A DNA stretch of 64,000 nucleotides from a virus (taxonomy: Duplodnaviria; Caudoviricetes), in the IMG/VR virus record IMGVR_UViG_3300032167_000006. One strand, written 5' to 3'. A program made the translations under genes and the position numbers. Of the stretch, positions 50,975 through 60,358 are shown one piece after another. The notes under the pieces were generated by a model, which was not told the origin of the DNA, ran no database searches, and was given only the letters and a program-made list of their open reading frames with translations. Position 1 is the first letter of the stretch. Each line of letters starts with the position of its first letter.

Positions 50975-52873
50975 ATGAAGGGTTATCCTAAATCTCGTTT
51001 TGAGATTGTTAATCAGTTACAAACTCAGACTATAGATACCACAGCTTCAGGTAATAATATTGCTTTGTATATGCAGCTTTATACAAGTGATAAAGGTTCT
51101 GAAGGTTGGGAATTATTAACTGGATTTGATGGATTTACAAAAACCAAAGGTGGTATGAGTTTTGCTAAGCATGGTCAGGCACAGCTTACTGTAGCTCAGG
51201 CACTTAGAAGCGGAGCCTATGTTTTAGGTAAACGTTTAGTTAGTGACGATGCAGCTCTTGCTAATGTTACTGTTATGGCCAGAGTAGTAAAAACTAGCAA
51301 ACTTGAAATTGGCGACGGTACTGCAACTAATAAAGGCGATACATCAAATGTTTATTTCTATACAACTTCTGTTGCAGGTTGTACAGATTTTGAAAAAGCT
51401 TGTGAAGATGGTGTAAAGGGTAAGAAAGATGTTAATGACATTCCGTTACTTACTATTACCGCAATGGGTCGTGGTGTAAGTGCAGCTAGCATTCGTATTG
51501 CTCCAGAATATTCTGTATCTAGAAATAGAGGCAATGCAAATTATGCTAAATATTCATTTGAAGTAATTGAAAATAATGAAACACTTGAAAACATCATCGT
51601 TTCAATGAATCCCGACATCATTACAAATGGTGCAGCTCAAGGCTTTAATCCTAAAATTAGAGCTAATTCTAATCAGGTTCGTGTTAAATTATATGATGAG
51701 GGAGTATACGCTTTAGTTTCAAAACTTGCTGAAACAGCTGTAGACGCTAATGGCGAAAGCATCCCTGTTGCAGGTTTAATCAATCTTGATTTTATTAATG
51801 GTTGTGATCTTAAGGGCAATCTTATTTCTGGTATTGCAACAGCTGGAGAAGAACATAGTGTATGGGAAAGCAATAGACCCGAAGATATCATAGATGTTTT
51901 ATGTGATTTATCAGCTATTACAGGTATTCAATTAAAGAATGGTTCATATGGTGCAATGGGTAGTGTTCCTATGAACAACACTGATGAAATTGAAAAACTT
52001 ATGCTTGAAGCTATCACACCACCCGCAGATCGTGAAAATTCAAAATTTGATACAATTATATATGATTTAGATGCATATAAAATTGATTGTACCTTTGACT
52101 GCGCATGGTCTAATAAAGTTAAAAACGCTATTATCGATCTCATTGATTTTAGAGGCGATATGGTATTCTTAACTGACTTGGGTAAAGAAGCAAATTCACT
52201 TTATGGTATTAAAGAAATTGTTACTGGATATAGAGAAGGAGATGAGACTTCTGGTATTAAACCCAGCAATAACTCAGTTCTTTACCACAACTATTTCAAT
52301 ATTATTGATCCTTTCTCAAAGAAAGAAATCACTGTAACAATGCCCTATCTTCTCATTGATAAAATGACAAATCATATTGCTAAGGGTGTAGGTCGTCCGT
52401 TTGCAGGCATTGCTAATAACATCGTATTCGATGGTATTATTGAAAATTCTGTAAACTTCTTCCCCGTATCAATTCCTGGTCTTGATGAGAAACAAGAGCT
52501 TGTAGAAATGAATGTAAACTATCTTAGTTTATATGATGGTGTTCCTGTAATGGAGACCATGTATGTAAATGATACAACATACTCACAGTTATCTTACTTG
52601 CATAATATCATGCTCGTTCAGGATGTTATTAAAACTATCCGTACTAAATGCCCTCAGACTCGTTATACATTCCTTGATGGTGACGATTTAGAGACATATA
52701 TTTCTGACGTTCAGGCAATTGTTAGAGAATATAGTTCTTCGTTTAAGAGCATTTCTTGCGAATATATGGCTGACGAGAGATATGAGCAGAATAATATATT
52801 CTATGCAGTACTTAAAGTACAGTTCAAGAACTTCATTCAGGAAGAGTACTTTAAGATTATTGCTATTTCTTAA
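50975..52873 (+). CDS. Contractile tail sheath protein
   Basis: 632 aa; MSFAKHGQ N-terminus and sheath-like C-terminus (SQLSYLHNI...F....D.L...); precedes the tube gene; AACA-N6-TA promoter. Confidence 0.85.
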   Translation: MKGYPKSRFEIVNQLQTQTIDTTASGNNIALYMQLYTSDKGSEGWELLTGFDGFTKTKGGMSFAKHGQAQLTVAQALRSGAYVLGKRLVSDDAALANVTVMARVVKTSKLEIGDGTATNKGDTSNVYFYTTSVAGCTDFEKACEDGVKGKKDVNDIPLLTITAMGRGVSAASIRIAPEYSVSRNRGNANYAKYSFEVIENNETLENIIVSMNPDIITNGAAQGFNPKIRANSNQVRVKLYDEGVYALVSKLAETAVDANGESIPVAGLINLDFINGCDLKGNLISGIATAGEEHSVWESNRPEDIIDVLCDLSAITGIQLKNGSYGAMGSVPMNNTDEIEKLMLEAITPPADRENSKFDTIIYDLDAYKIDCTFDCAWSNKVKNAIIDLIDFRGDMVFLTDLGKEANSLYGIKEIVTGYREGDETSGIKPSNNSVLYHNYFNIIDPFSKKEITVTMPYLLIDKMTNHIAKGVGRPFAGIANNIVFDGIIENSVNFFPVSIPGLDEKQELVEMNVNYLSLYDGVPVMETMYVNDTTYSQLSYLHNIMLVQDVIKTIRTKCPQTRYTFLDGDDLETYISDVQAIVREYSSSFKSISCEYMADERYEQNNIFYAVLKVQFKNFIQEEYFKIIAIS

Positions 52874-52887
52874 GGAGGTGAACGAAT

Positions 52888-53850
52888 ATGGCTATTAAAA
52901 GAGATTGGACAGTAACAAACCCTGCAAATGCGAATGTTATGGATCAGAATAAGAAAGTAAGTTCATTATTTGAAAATACTAAAGATTTTAAAGATGTGAC
53001 TACTTATCGTCTTATGAGAGGTGTTCCGGACTTTGGCTCTCTCGTTCAGTTTAATCCTTATGAAACTGGTTATGCTGCATTCATTATTTGTCAGATTCCT
53101 AAATTCATGGAGAAATTGGCATCTAAGGATGCAAACTATAATAAGTTAGTTAATAACTGGGCTCATATTATCGAATATGAATTCAAGAGCTTTGATGGTC
53201 TTGATAACCTTTCTGCAGATACTATTACTCTTGGCGATGAGTTAAATAGCATTAACGTAATTTCTAGAATTAATGGTATGAATGCTGCAGAGTTTACTCT
53301 TGGTTATGAAGAGAAATCTGGTAGTCCTCTTACAAAGTTTGCTAAATTATATCTTACTGGTATTAAGGATCCTCGTACTCAGGTTAAAACTTACCATGGT
53401 TTAATTCACTCTGGTGAGATGGAGCCTGGTTTCGAAAACGAAGTATTTACATTCCTCTTTATCAATACAGATAACACAATGCGTAAAGTTGAAGCTGCAT
53501 ACCTTCTCTTAGGTTGTCAGTTAAACTCTGCTGACCTTGATATGTATAACTACACCAAGGGTGATATCGGTAAGAGAGATGTTAACGTTAAGTTTAGTGG
53601 ATATCCTGTACAGTCTACTAAGATTGATAAAGCTGCTCAGGCTATGTTAGATTATCTTCTTAGCGCTGAAGCTGGAGCTCGTCAGATTATCGTTAATAGC
53701 GATGAATACAATTACACCGGTATTAATGAAATTGGCAAGACTCTTGATAGATACGCTGGTACTGGCAGAGCTAAAGATCTTGGTATCGAAGTAACTGGCA
53801 CAGAGTATGATGTTGCAACATACACTGGTGTTGAAGCTATTACTGAGTAA
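52888..53850 (+). CDS. Tail tube protein
   Basis: Directly after the sheath gene; strong codon bias; beta-rich; terminator follows. Confidence 0.75.
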   Translation: MAIKRDWTVTNPANANVMDQNKKVSSLFENTKDFKDVTTYRLMRGVPDFGSLVQFNPYETGYAAFIICQIPKFMEKLASKDANYNKLVNNWAHIIEYEFKSFDGLDNLSADTITLGDELNSINVISRINGMNAAEFTLGYEEKSGSPLTKFAKLYLTGIKDPRTQVKTYHGLIHSGEMEPGFENEVFTFLFINTDNTMRKVEAAYLLLGCQLNSADLDMYNYTKGDIGKRDVNVKFSGYPVQSTKIDKAAQAMLDYLLSAEAGARQIIVNSDEYNYTGINEIGKTLDRYAGTGRAKDLGIEVTGTEYDVATYTGVEAITE

Positions 53851-53873
53851 TTTACTAAAATTATATAAATTAT

Positions 53874-53899
53874 TCCCCATGGGAGCAATCCCATGGGGA
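53874..53899. terminator. Bidirectional hairpin between tube and portal genes
   Basis: TCCCCATGGGA GCAA TCCCATGGGGA. Confidence 0.8.
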
Positions 53900-53909
53900 T
53901 ATATTTTCT

Positions 53910-56303
53910 TTAAGCTAGATTCTCAGGATTAGATATTGTATCTTCAGTGGCACCTTGTTTTGCTTTATTTATAATTTGTTTGATAACATCCATATTTAAG
54001 TATGATCCTAAGTGATAGATTTTAAGTTCTTTTGCAAACTTAGCTTTAATCACTTCATTAGGCTCGTCAGCCATTATAATATTAGTAACGTTTTCACAAT
54101 AATCACTAGTATTAGTAATAAGCTGACCTGAGTTAATCATATTCATAAATAACGGAGGAGGTAATGTTACAGTTATCTGATCATTACAACCATATTCAAT
54201 ATCATAAATCTTAGTATATAACGGAGCTATTACTTTTTGGAACTCTCCTTGACGGCTATAAGTAAATCTTAAAAATTTAGAGTTAGCCATAGTAAGCTGC
54301 ATTGCATAGTCTGGAGATAAACGTGCTTGGATTATTTCCATTGGCACACCAGTAACGCTAATAGCAGACTCTTCAAGAAGATTAAGCAAATCAGTTTTAA
54401 TTTCAATTTGCTGACCCTGAATAACTTCAACATCAATCGGAGACTGACCATCATTGCCACGGGGGATGATATAGTCGTTAAATCTACCAGTAATATTAAG
54501 AACTGAATTAATATTTTCAATCTGTCTGATACCAAAATTGGATTTCTTAATTTCATTAATTGTTTTTAATAAAGTTTTAGAAATATTAGATTCAACAGAT
54601 TGTTTTACATAATAAACACGCTTATCGTTACCGCGTGTCATAACACCTAAACAGTTAGTAATATAAATAGCAACCCATAATTTAGCAGGAATTAAACTAA
54701 GATTAAGATCACTAATACCTCTACCAGTATCTTCATCAAGGTCAAAATAAATATGATGAATATCTTCAGGTGGAATATAACTAACACGAATATTATTAGT
54801 AGAACCAGCAGCGGCATTAAATGAATCATTATATTTAAGGATATAATAAATCTCTTTTTTAAGATCCTGATTGGCATTGATAAACTTAGCATCAATTTTA
54901 TCTGCCAAGTTATTGGCAATGCTTCTTAATAGTTCTTCTCTTCTTTGTATAGAATCAAATGCTTCTGATCTACCATTACTTCTTAAACCAGTAATAGTAT
55001 TAACCATTCCAGTTGTTGTATGTCTTTCTTCAAATAATGCTGCTTGATCATCAAAATCAAAATAGTAATATCCTAAACAAATATCATTAAGAATTATAGG
55101 AGTTACTCTTTCACGCTTAAGAATTTTAACTATACAGCCATTCATGTCTTTAATGTTAGAATTTCCTTTATTGGAAGTATAGAGTCCGTCAGCTGTCGTA
55201 TCATCCTCGTTAGGGAGCTGTAAATCATCATCGAGCACTCGATCAAATTTATGGTGTGCAGGAATTTTTGCCCCCATTTCAAGATCATGATTCATTGAAT
55301 TGTCAAATGCATATGGTTTACCATCATTAGCAATTGAATCAATTCCTTCTGTAATAACATCAGAACTGCCATTAATAGCTAATTCCATTAAGTATTGCTC
55401 TGTAAGAGATTGCTCTCTTACTACTTTTCTTTGTTCTCTAGCAGACTTTTCATTTTCAACAATAGAAGAAATTATTCCATTTTCTATTTTAATATCAAAA
55501 TTAAAATTATCTTCTGTTTCGTTAAGCTTATAATCATTAGAAGATGAAACCTTTACAGGTTCAAATTCAGATATACCACTTTCAATAAGTACTTCTCCAG
55601 ATTCAAAATTTGTTCTAACTTTAATATTTCTATCATCTGTAGTGGAATTTTTTCTATCTATAAGTTTTCTTATAGCTTTACTATACGGAACGCAGTATAC
55701 AAAAGTTTCGCCATATTTAGAAGTCTTTTCATAAATCTCACTTGTTAACTTAAGCATATTATAACGATTTTTCATATCGTTAATATTTCTTGCAAACTGT
55801 TCCTCAGATTCTCTAGTTGGTGACAATTTAGATTCTATATTAAGAAAATCTTTTGAAAAGCTATCTGATGCTAATATATTATCTCTAATTGTATCTAGAG
55901 CTTCTTGAAGTTTAGGCATATATCTTAATACCTCATCAATTTCAGTATCAACAGCCTTAATCCATCTATTGTCTAAATATGAACTTGTTAAATTATTAAT
56001 AAATTCATTATCACCAAATATACGTTCAAACTCTTTTACAGTATCTGGATCTCCCTGAGAACTTAAAAGAAGTCGTTCATATAATCTAGATATATTAGGC
56101 TCGCCAATATTATCAGAGTTAACATTCATTATATCTTTAATAGATGTAGTTATATCTGTTTTTATAGCCTGTAATTGATCTTTATTATGCGGGTCTGCAA
56201 AATATGTTGTGCGGTACATATCATCCATATTACCTTGAACAAGGGTAGCTAATCTACGCAATACACCTGTACGAGGTTTCTGTTCATTTTGTTGTGAAGG
56301 CAT
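53910..56303 (-). CDS. Portal protein
   Basis: P.LQEALDTIRDNI, KYGETFVY, TRGNDKRVYYV, DYIIPR and IEVIQGQ-like segments recall T4 gp20-type portals; late promoter. Confidence 0.8.
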   Translation of the reverse strand: MPSQQNEQKPRTGVLRRLATLVQGNMDDMYRTTYFADPHNKDQLQAIKTDITTSIKDIMNVNSDNIGEPNISRLYERLLLSSQGDPDTVKEFERIFGDNEFINNLTSSYLDNRWIKAVDTEIDEVLRYMPKLQEALDTIRDNILASDSFSKDFLNIESKLSPTRESEEQFARNINDMKNRYNMLKLTSEIYEKTSKYGETFVYCVPYSKAIRKLIDRKNSTTDDRNIKVRTNFESGEVLIESGISEFEPVKVSSSNDYKLNETEDNFNFDIKIENGIISSIVENEKSAREQRKVVREQSLTEQYLMELAINGSSDVITEGIDSIANDGKPYAFDNSMNHDLEMGAKIPAHHKFDRVLDDDLQLPNEDDTTADGLYTSNKGNSNIKDMNGCIVKILKRERVTPIILNDICLGYYYFDFDDQAALFEERHTTTGMVNTITGLRSNGRSEAFDSIQRREELLRSIANNLADKIDAKFINANQDLKKEIYYILKYNDSFNAAAGSTNNIRVSYIPPEDIHHIYFDLDEDTGRGISDLNLSLIPAKLWVAIYITNCLGVMTRGNDKRVYYVKQSVESNISKTLLKTINEIKKSNFGIRQIENINSVLNITGRFNDYIIPRGNDGQSPIDVEVIQGQQIEIKTDLLNLLEESAISVTGVPMEIIQARLSPDYAMQLTMANSKFLRFTYSRQGEFQKVIAPLYTKIYDIEYGCNDQITVTLPPPLFMNMINSGQLITNTSDYCENVTNIIMADEPNEVIKAKFAKELKIYHLGSYLNMDVIKQIINKAKQGATEDTISNPENLA

Positions 56304-56328
56304 AATAACACACTCCTTTCTTATAATT

Positions 56329-56340
56329 TATTCTCATGTT
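56329..56340 (-). promoter_or_regulatory. Late promoter AACA-N6-TA (portal)
   Basis: AACA TGAGAA TA. Confidence 0.75.
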
Positions 56341-56390
56341 CGCCATTGGCTAAAATACCTAGGTTGTGGGTAATATACCCACAACCGTAT

Positions 56391-57011
56391 TTATTGTACT
56401 TTTATAAAATTTATATAAGTTATTATATTAAATTTCTTTTTACTAATACGAAATCTTGAAATAAATGTATGAATCAAGTCAGGTTGAAATATTTGTAAGT
56501 ATAATTTATCACTTTTTGTAGTTGGTAATATTGATGAGAATAAAGTCATATAATAACCTTCATAAATTACACTAGCAGCACCATCTGCTTTGCTCATACT
56601 TTGAATTTTACTTAAAATTTCAGGTATTTCAACTTCATTAATGGCTATTTGAGTTGTATTATCAATTGATATGGCATATTTATATTTATTATAAGCAAAA
56701 GATATTATTCTTTGATCAAGACCAATTAATAATTCTCCCCCACCAACTGTTCTAAGAGTTGTATCTATAGAATCAAATTCAAAATCTGATTCTATAGATA
56801 TAGTTTTAATAAATGCAGATAATGAACGCTGATTAATTATAATACCATTAAAATAATTATTTATGAAATTGCTATCTAACAAGACATAAGTTACTATATA
56901 TTGAATATTATCAAGTCCAATTATAGCATTATCAATAAGAACAAAATCTTTTTGTTTTAAAGCTTTAGCAGCTTCATTAATATATACTAATTCACTGGTT
57001 GTTATATTCAA
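56391..57011 (-). CDS. Hypothetical protein coupled to the DNA polymerase N-terminal piece
   Basis: Overlaps the polymerase stop codon. Confidence 0.6.
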   Translation of the reverse strand: MNITTSELVYINEAAKALKQKDFVLIDNAIIGLDNIQYIVTYVLLDSNFINNYFNGIIINQRSLSAFIKTISIESDFEFDSIDTTLRTVGGGELLIGLDQRIISFAYNKYKYAISIDNTTQIAINEVEIPEILSKIQSMSKADGAASVIYEGYYMTLFSSILPTTKSDKLYLQIFQPDLIHTFISRFRISKKKFNIITYINFIKVQ

Positions 57012-58905
57012 ATTTACTCATCCTTTCTTGCTTATAGCACATTTCTCTACCAACAGAATTATCCACAATTATACACATTTCTCTCTTATTTTTATTAGGA
57101 ACTATAGTACACATAATTCTACCACCATTAATAGTATCACTTGAATATAATCCTCTCATTGGAGCTTTAATGGTTGAAAAATATTTTATTATATCATAAT
57201 ACATATCCAAATAGCCTGCAAGATTAAGATATCTTTGACAAAAATTAAGTCTATCATGAGATATGAAATCTTCCATAAACCATACTGTTCTATCATAATA
57301 TGGATTATTAAATCTATTCTCCTTAGGATCAAGAACTTCAGGGAAGAATACTTTACCATGCTGTGTCATCGGGCTCATATTAGATTCATCAATTATAGAC
57401 GGATACAGACTCTTATAGTCAAAGTCATCCAGATTATCACATAACATTGTCGGACGACCATCTATTTTAACTCTAGGTTTCTCACTTACTAAAGTCGGAT
57501 CGGCTACAAATGCACCTGCAAATCCAACTTTTTCATTGCTCTTATTAGTATTGCATCCAAGAATATAACCCATATTTCTAAAATCTTTAACACCACGATT
57601 AACAAGATAAGTTGTCTGTCTATGAACTTTAGAATATCTTGTATTTGTAGTCATAGCTTTAGAATATACAAAGTCTATATCATTAACTTTATTTTCTATA
57701 CATAACTGAACAATTGTATCCATAATATTATAGAAAACAAAAGTTCTATAATCTAGATAAGGAAGTTTAGATATATTAGTTGTAATATTAGAATAATCAA
57801 GTTTCTTAACACCTGCTATTAATCCACCAACATAATCAAGTTTAAATGATGCTATTGCTCTTTGACCTTTACGACGAGATGCAAATGTAACTAATTGATC
57901 TATATATACAGAATATGAAGATACTTGAGCATAATCTCCACGTTCTTCAAACTTATCAGCCCTCTTATCAACGTAATAATAACATTCTTTAACCTTGAAA
58001 TCTTTATGACAAATAATTTCACATGGATCATATCCAAGATTAATAATTCTTTGAATAAGATACGGTAAGTCGAATGGCATGTTCCATGCTATTGAAAAAT
58101 CTGGTTTAATTATATTGATTACATTAAATGCATCAGTTAATAATTTTATTTCTTCATCATAAAACATGATTTTATATTCAAATGGATCAAGACCTAAACG
58201 ATGTTCTTGTTTCCAACCACCAACTGTATCTTGAACAAATTGCTTTATTTTTATAGGTATATCTTTTTCCGTTTTAAATAAATCAATTAATGGATTATTG
58301 TAATTATCTAAAAGTAAAGTATATACCTTTTTATTAATATCATCAACTAATGTTATGGCGTTTACAGGACATTCTCCAGGTTCAGGAAAATCTCCTCTCA
58401 TATCAATAGTATCAGCCTCGATATCGAAGTACAATTTAGTGGGTTTAAACTGTTCATTTTTATATAATAAATCAAATCTATATCTATAAAAATCTTCAAT
58501 ATGCATATCAGCACCAAATATAGAAGGTATCTGAAATAACTTATCATTATCTCTAGCATTTCCTGTACGAAGATTATCATAAAAGAACTCAAGATTACCA
58601 GTTCTCTCAGCTATATCTTTTTTCAAATCATTATATTTACAAGTAACTTGATAAACATCTTTTTCTTCAATACATAATTTATTATAATCTACAGGTACAC
58701 CTTCATTTGTCATCCAATAAGTATATTCTGGTTCGGAAATATGTTGGACTTTCTTTTCCATAGTATCCATATCTTTATAAATTATATCTATACTATCTTT
58801 TCCATATTTTCCAGTCTCAATATCTTTTTTAGGTTTATGATATATTATATTTAATAGAGATATATTAGCACCTATGGGATAACCTTTAATAAATGATTTA
58901 TCCAT
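56992..58905 (-). CDS. Family B DNA polymerase, N-terminal piece (3'-5' exonuclease plus motif A)
   Basis: ExoI YFDIEAD, ExoII AWNMPFDLPY, KLDYV, ExoIII YNIMDT; motif A DFDYKSLYPSII. Confidence 0.92.
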   Translation of the reverse strand: MDKSFIKGYPIGANISLLNIIYHKPKKDIETGKYGKDSIDIIYKDMDTMEKKVQHISEPEYTYWMTNEGVPVDYNKLCIEEKDVYQVTCKYNDLKKDIAERTGNLEFFYDNLRTGNARDNDKLFQIPSIFGADMHIEDFYRYRFDLLYKNEQFKPTKLYFDIEADTIDMRGDFPEPGECPVNAITLVDDINKKVYTLLLDNYNNPLIDLFKTEKDIPIKIKQFVQDTVGGWKQEHRLGLDPFEYKIMFYDEEIKLLTDAFNVINIIKPDFSIAWNMPFDLPYLIQRIINLGYDPCEIICHKDFKVKECYYYVDKRADKFEERGDYAQVSSYSVYIDQLVTFASRRKGQRAIASFKLDYVGGLIAGVKKLDYSNITTNISKLPYLDYRTFVFYNIMDTIVQLCIENKVNDIDFVYSKAMTTNTRYSKVHRQTTYLVNRGVKDFRNMGYILGCNTNKSNEKVGFAGAFVADPTLVSEKPRVKIDGRPTMLCDNLDDFDYKSLYPSIIDESNMSPMTQHGKVFFPEVLDPKENRFNNPYYDRTVWFMEDFISHDRLNFCQRYLNLAGYLDMYYDIIKYFSTIKAPMRGLYSSDTINGGRIMCTIVPNKNKREMCIIVDNSVGREMCYKQERMSKFEYNNQ

Positions 58906-58993
58906 AATTTTACCTCCTAATTTACATTATTTCATTGTACTAGACTTTGTTTAATCGTATAAACCGACGTATTTTGGCAATTAACATAACTAT

Positions 58994-59200
58994 AATGATT
59001 AGGCATAACACCCCATAAAACCAAATCATTTTTATATATCTTCTTGCCAGATTTGTGTGTTGTGTGTAGTTTTTCGTTTTTGTAACTTTGCTCGTAAAAG
59101 GCATAGTGAAAACTCCTTTTTATCATAAATTTCCTCTTAAAATTTTAGCATATATACCGTACTCGTGCTGTGGGGTGGCACGAGTATATTTTGTGCTTTT
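58994..59200 (+). ncRNA. Candidate late sRNA with two anti-RBS segments
   Basis: AACA-N6-TA at 58983; CATAGTGAAAACTCCTT and CATAAATTTCCTCTT; hairpin 59160-59186 followed by a T-rich tail. Confidence 0.45.
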
Positions 59201-59247
59201 TTATTTCACAAACAAAAAAGTAAAATCTTAAAGGAGGTTCTTTAACT

Positions 59248-60174
59248 ATGTCTTTTAATATTAATAAATTTGTTAAAGATTCTAACGAATATTCAAATCA
59301 CGATCTCAAACAAGAAGTTGCTGTAGTTGTTGAAACAGTAGACGAAACAAAAAAGAAAAAAAGCAAAAAAAGTGATTCTACAGAAATTGTTAAATCGCAA
59401 TCAAACTCTACAATTGTACCTGCTACTAGTATGAGCTATATTCAAGAAAACATACCATATGCTGGTGCGTATGTTGAAACCAATCAACAGCTTGATGAAA
59501 CTATAGCTCAATTAAATATGCTTGGTGCTGAAATAGTTACCGAATTGAATATGGTTCGTAGCAATAAAACTCTTCGTAACAAATATAGTATTGTTAATGA
59601 AATGACTCAAACTGCTACATCTATTTTAGGTACCAAACTTTCAGCTATTAAAGAAAAGAATTCAACAATTAATAGTATCAATAAACTTGAACTTGATAGA
59701 CTTAAACAAGTTAAAGTTTCTGCATCAGAAGAAGATGATAACGCTAGAATTGCAAATCTTTATGATGCATTTATCAATACACCTATTGGCGCTGGTCCTG
59801 GAATTCTTGGTCCATCAATGCAAGATATTATGGCTGGAGGACAAACAGGTCCATCTGTTCCTATGATGTCTCTTGGTAGCGATCAGCAAATGTGGGAAGC
59901 TGGATTAAATCCTGCAGAAAATAGAATGTTACTTGAAGCAAAAGGCGCAATTGAAACTGTTGTAATGTATGATTCTACAACTGGAAATCGTTGGTTTGAA
60001 GTAGTTGATAAAATTACCCGCCAACCAGTTCCAAATGTAGAAAAACCAGATAGCTCTTATATATATGATCTTGATATTAATGTGAGAGGTGGATTTGCTA
60101 AAGACGGTAATAGATCAGTAACATATCCTCTCATCTGTATTAATGGTGGAGATACCAGTATAACAGAATATTAA
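59248..60174 (+). CDS. Conserved hypothetical late protein with coiled coil
   Basis: AAGGAGG RBS; AACA-N6-TA at 59211. Confidence 0.7.
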   Translation: MSFNINKFVKDSNEYSNHDLKQEVAVVVETVDETKKKKSKKSDSTEIVKSQSNSTIVPATSMSYIQENIPYAGAYVETNQQLDETIAQLNMLGAEIVTELNMVRSNKTLRNKYSIVNEMTQTATSILGTKLSAIKEKNSTINSINKLELDRLKQVKVSASEEDDNARIANLYDAFINTPIGAGPGILGPSMQDIMAGGQTGPSVPMMSLGSDQQMWEAGLNPAENRMLLEAKGAIETVVMYDSTTGNRWFEVVDKITRQPVPNVEKPDSSYIYDLDINVRGGFAKDGNRSVTYPLICINGGDTSITEY

Positions 60175-60187
60175 TTAACATATTTAT

Positions 60188-60350
60188 AAATCACGTAGTG
60201 GTTTCATAGTTTTGTTTCCTTTCTTTATTCTAGATTCTATGAATAGACATTATCATAGAATATAGAATACAAAATCAACACAAGAAATATTTTTGTCATT
60301 TTACACTCTCCTTAAATAGACGCCCGTAGGGTTGGTCCCTACGGGTGCCT
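60188..60350 (+). ncRNA. Candidate late sRNA with two anti-RBS segments
   Basis: AACA-N6-TA at 60177; CATAGTTTTGTTTCCTTTC and CATTTTACACTCTCCTT; internal hairpin; terminal hairpin 60318-60350. Confidence 0.5.
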
Positions 60351-60358
60351 ATATTGTT

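Noticed and set aside
58932-59126. 64-aa ORF MIKRSFHY from the track
   Set aside because: Atypical composition and it overlaps an alternative frame and a candidate sRNA; not supported as a gene, although it has an AAGAGG RBS.
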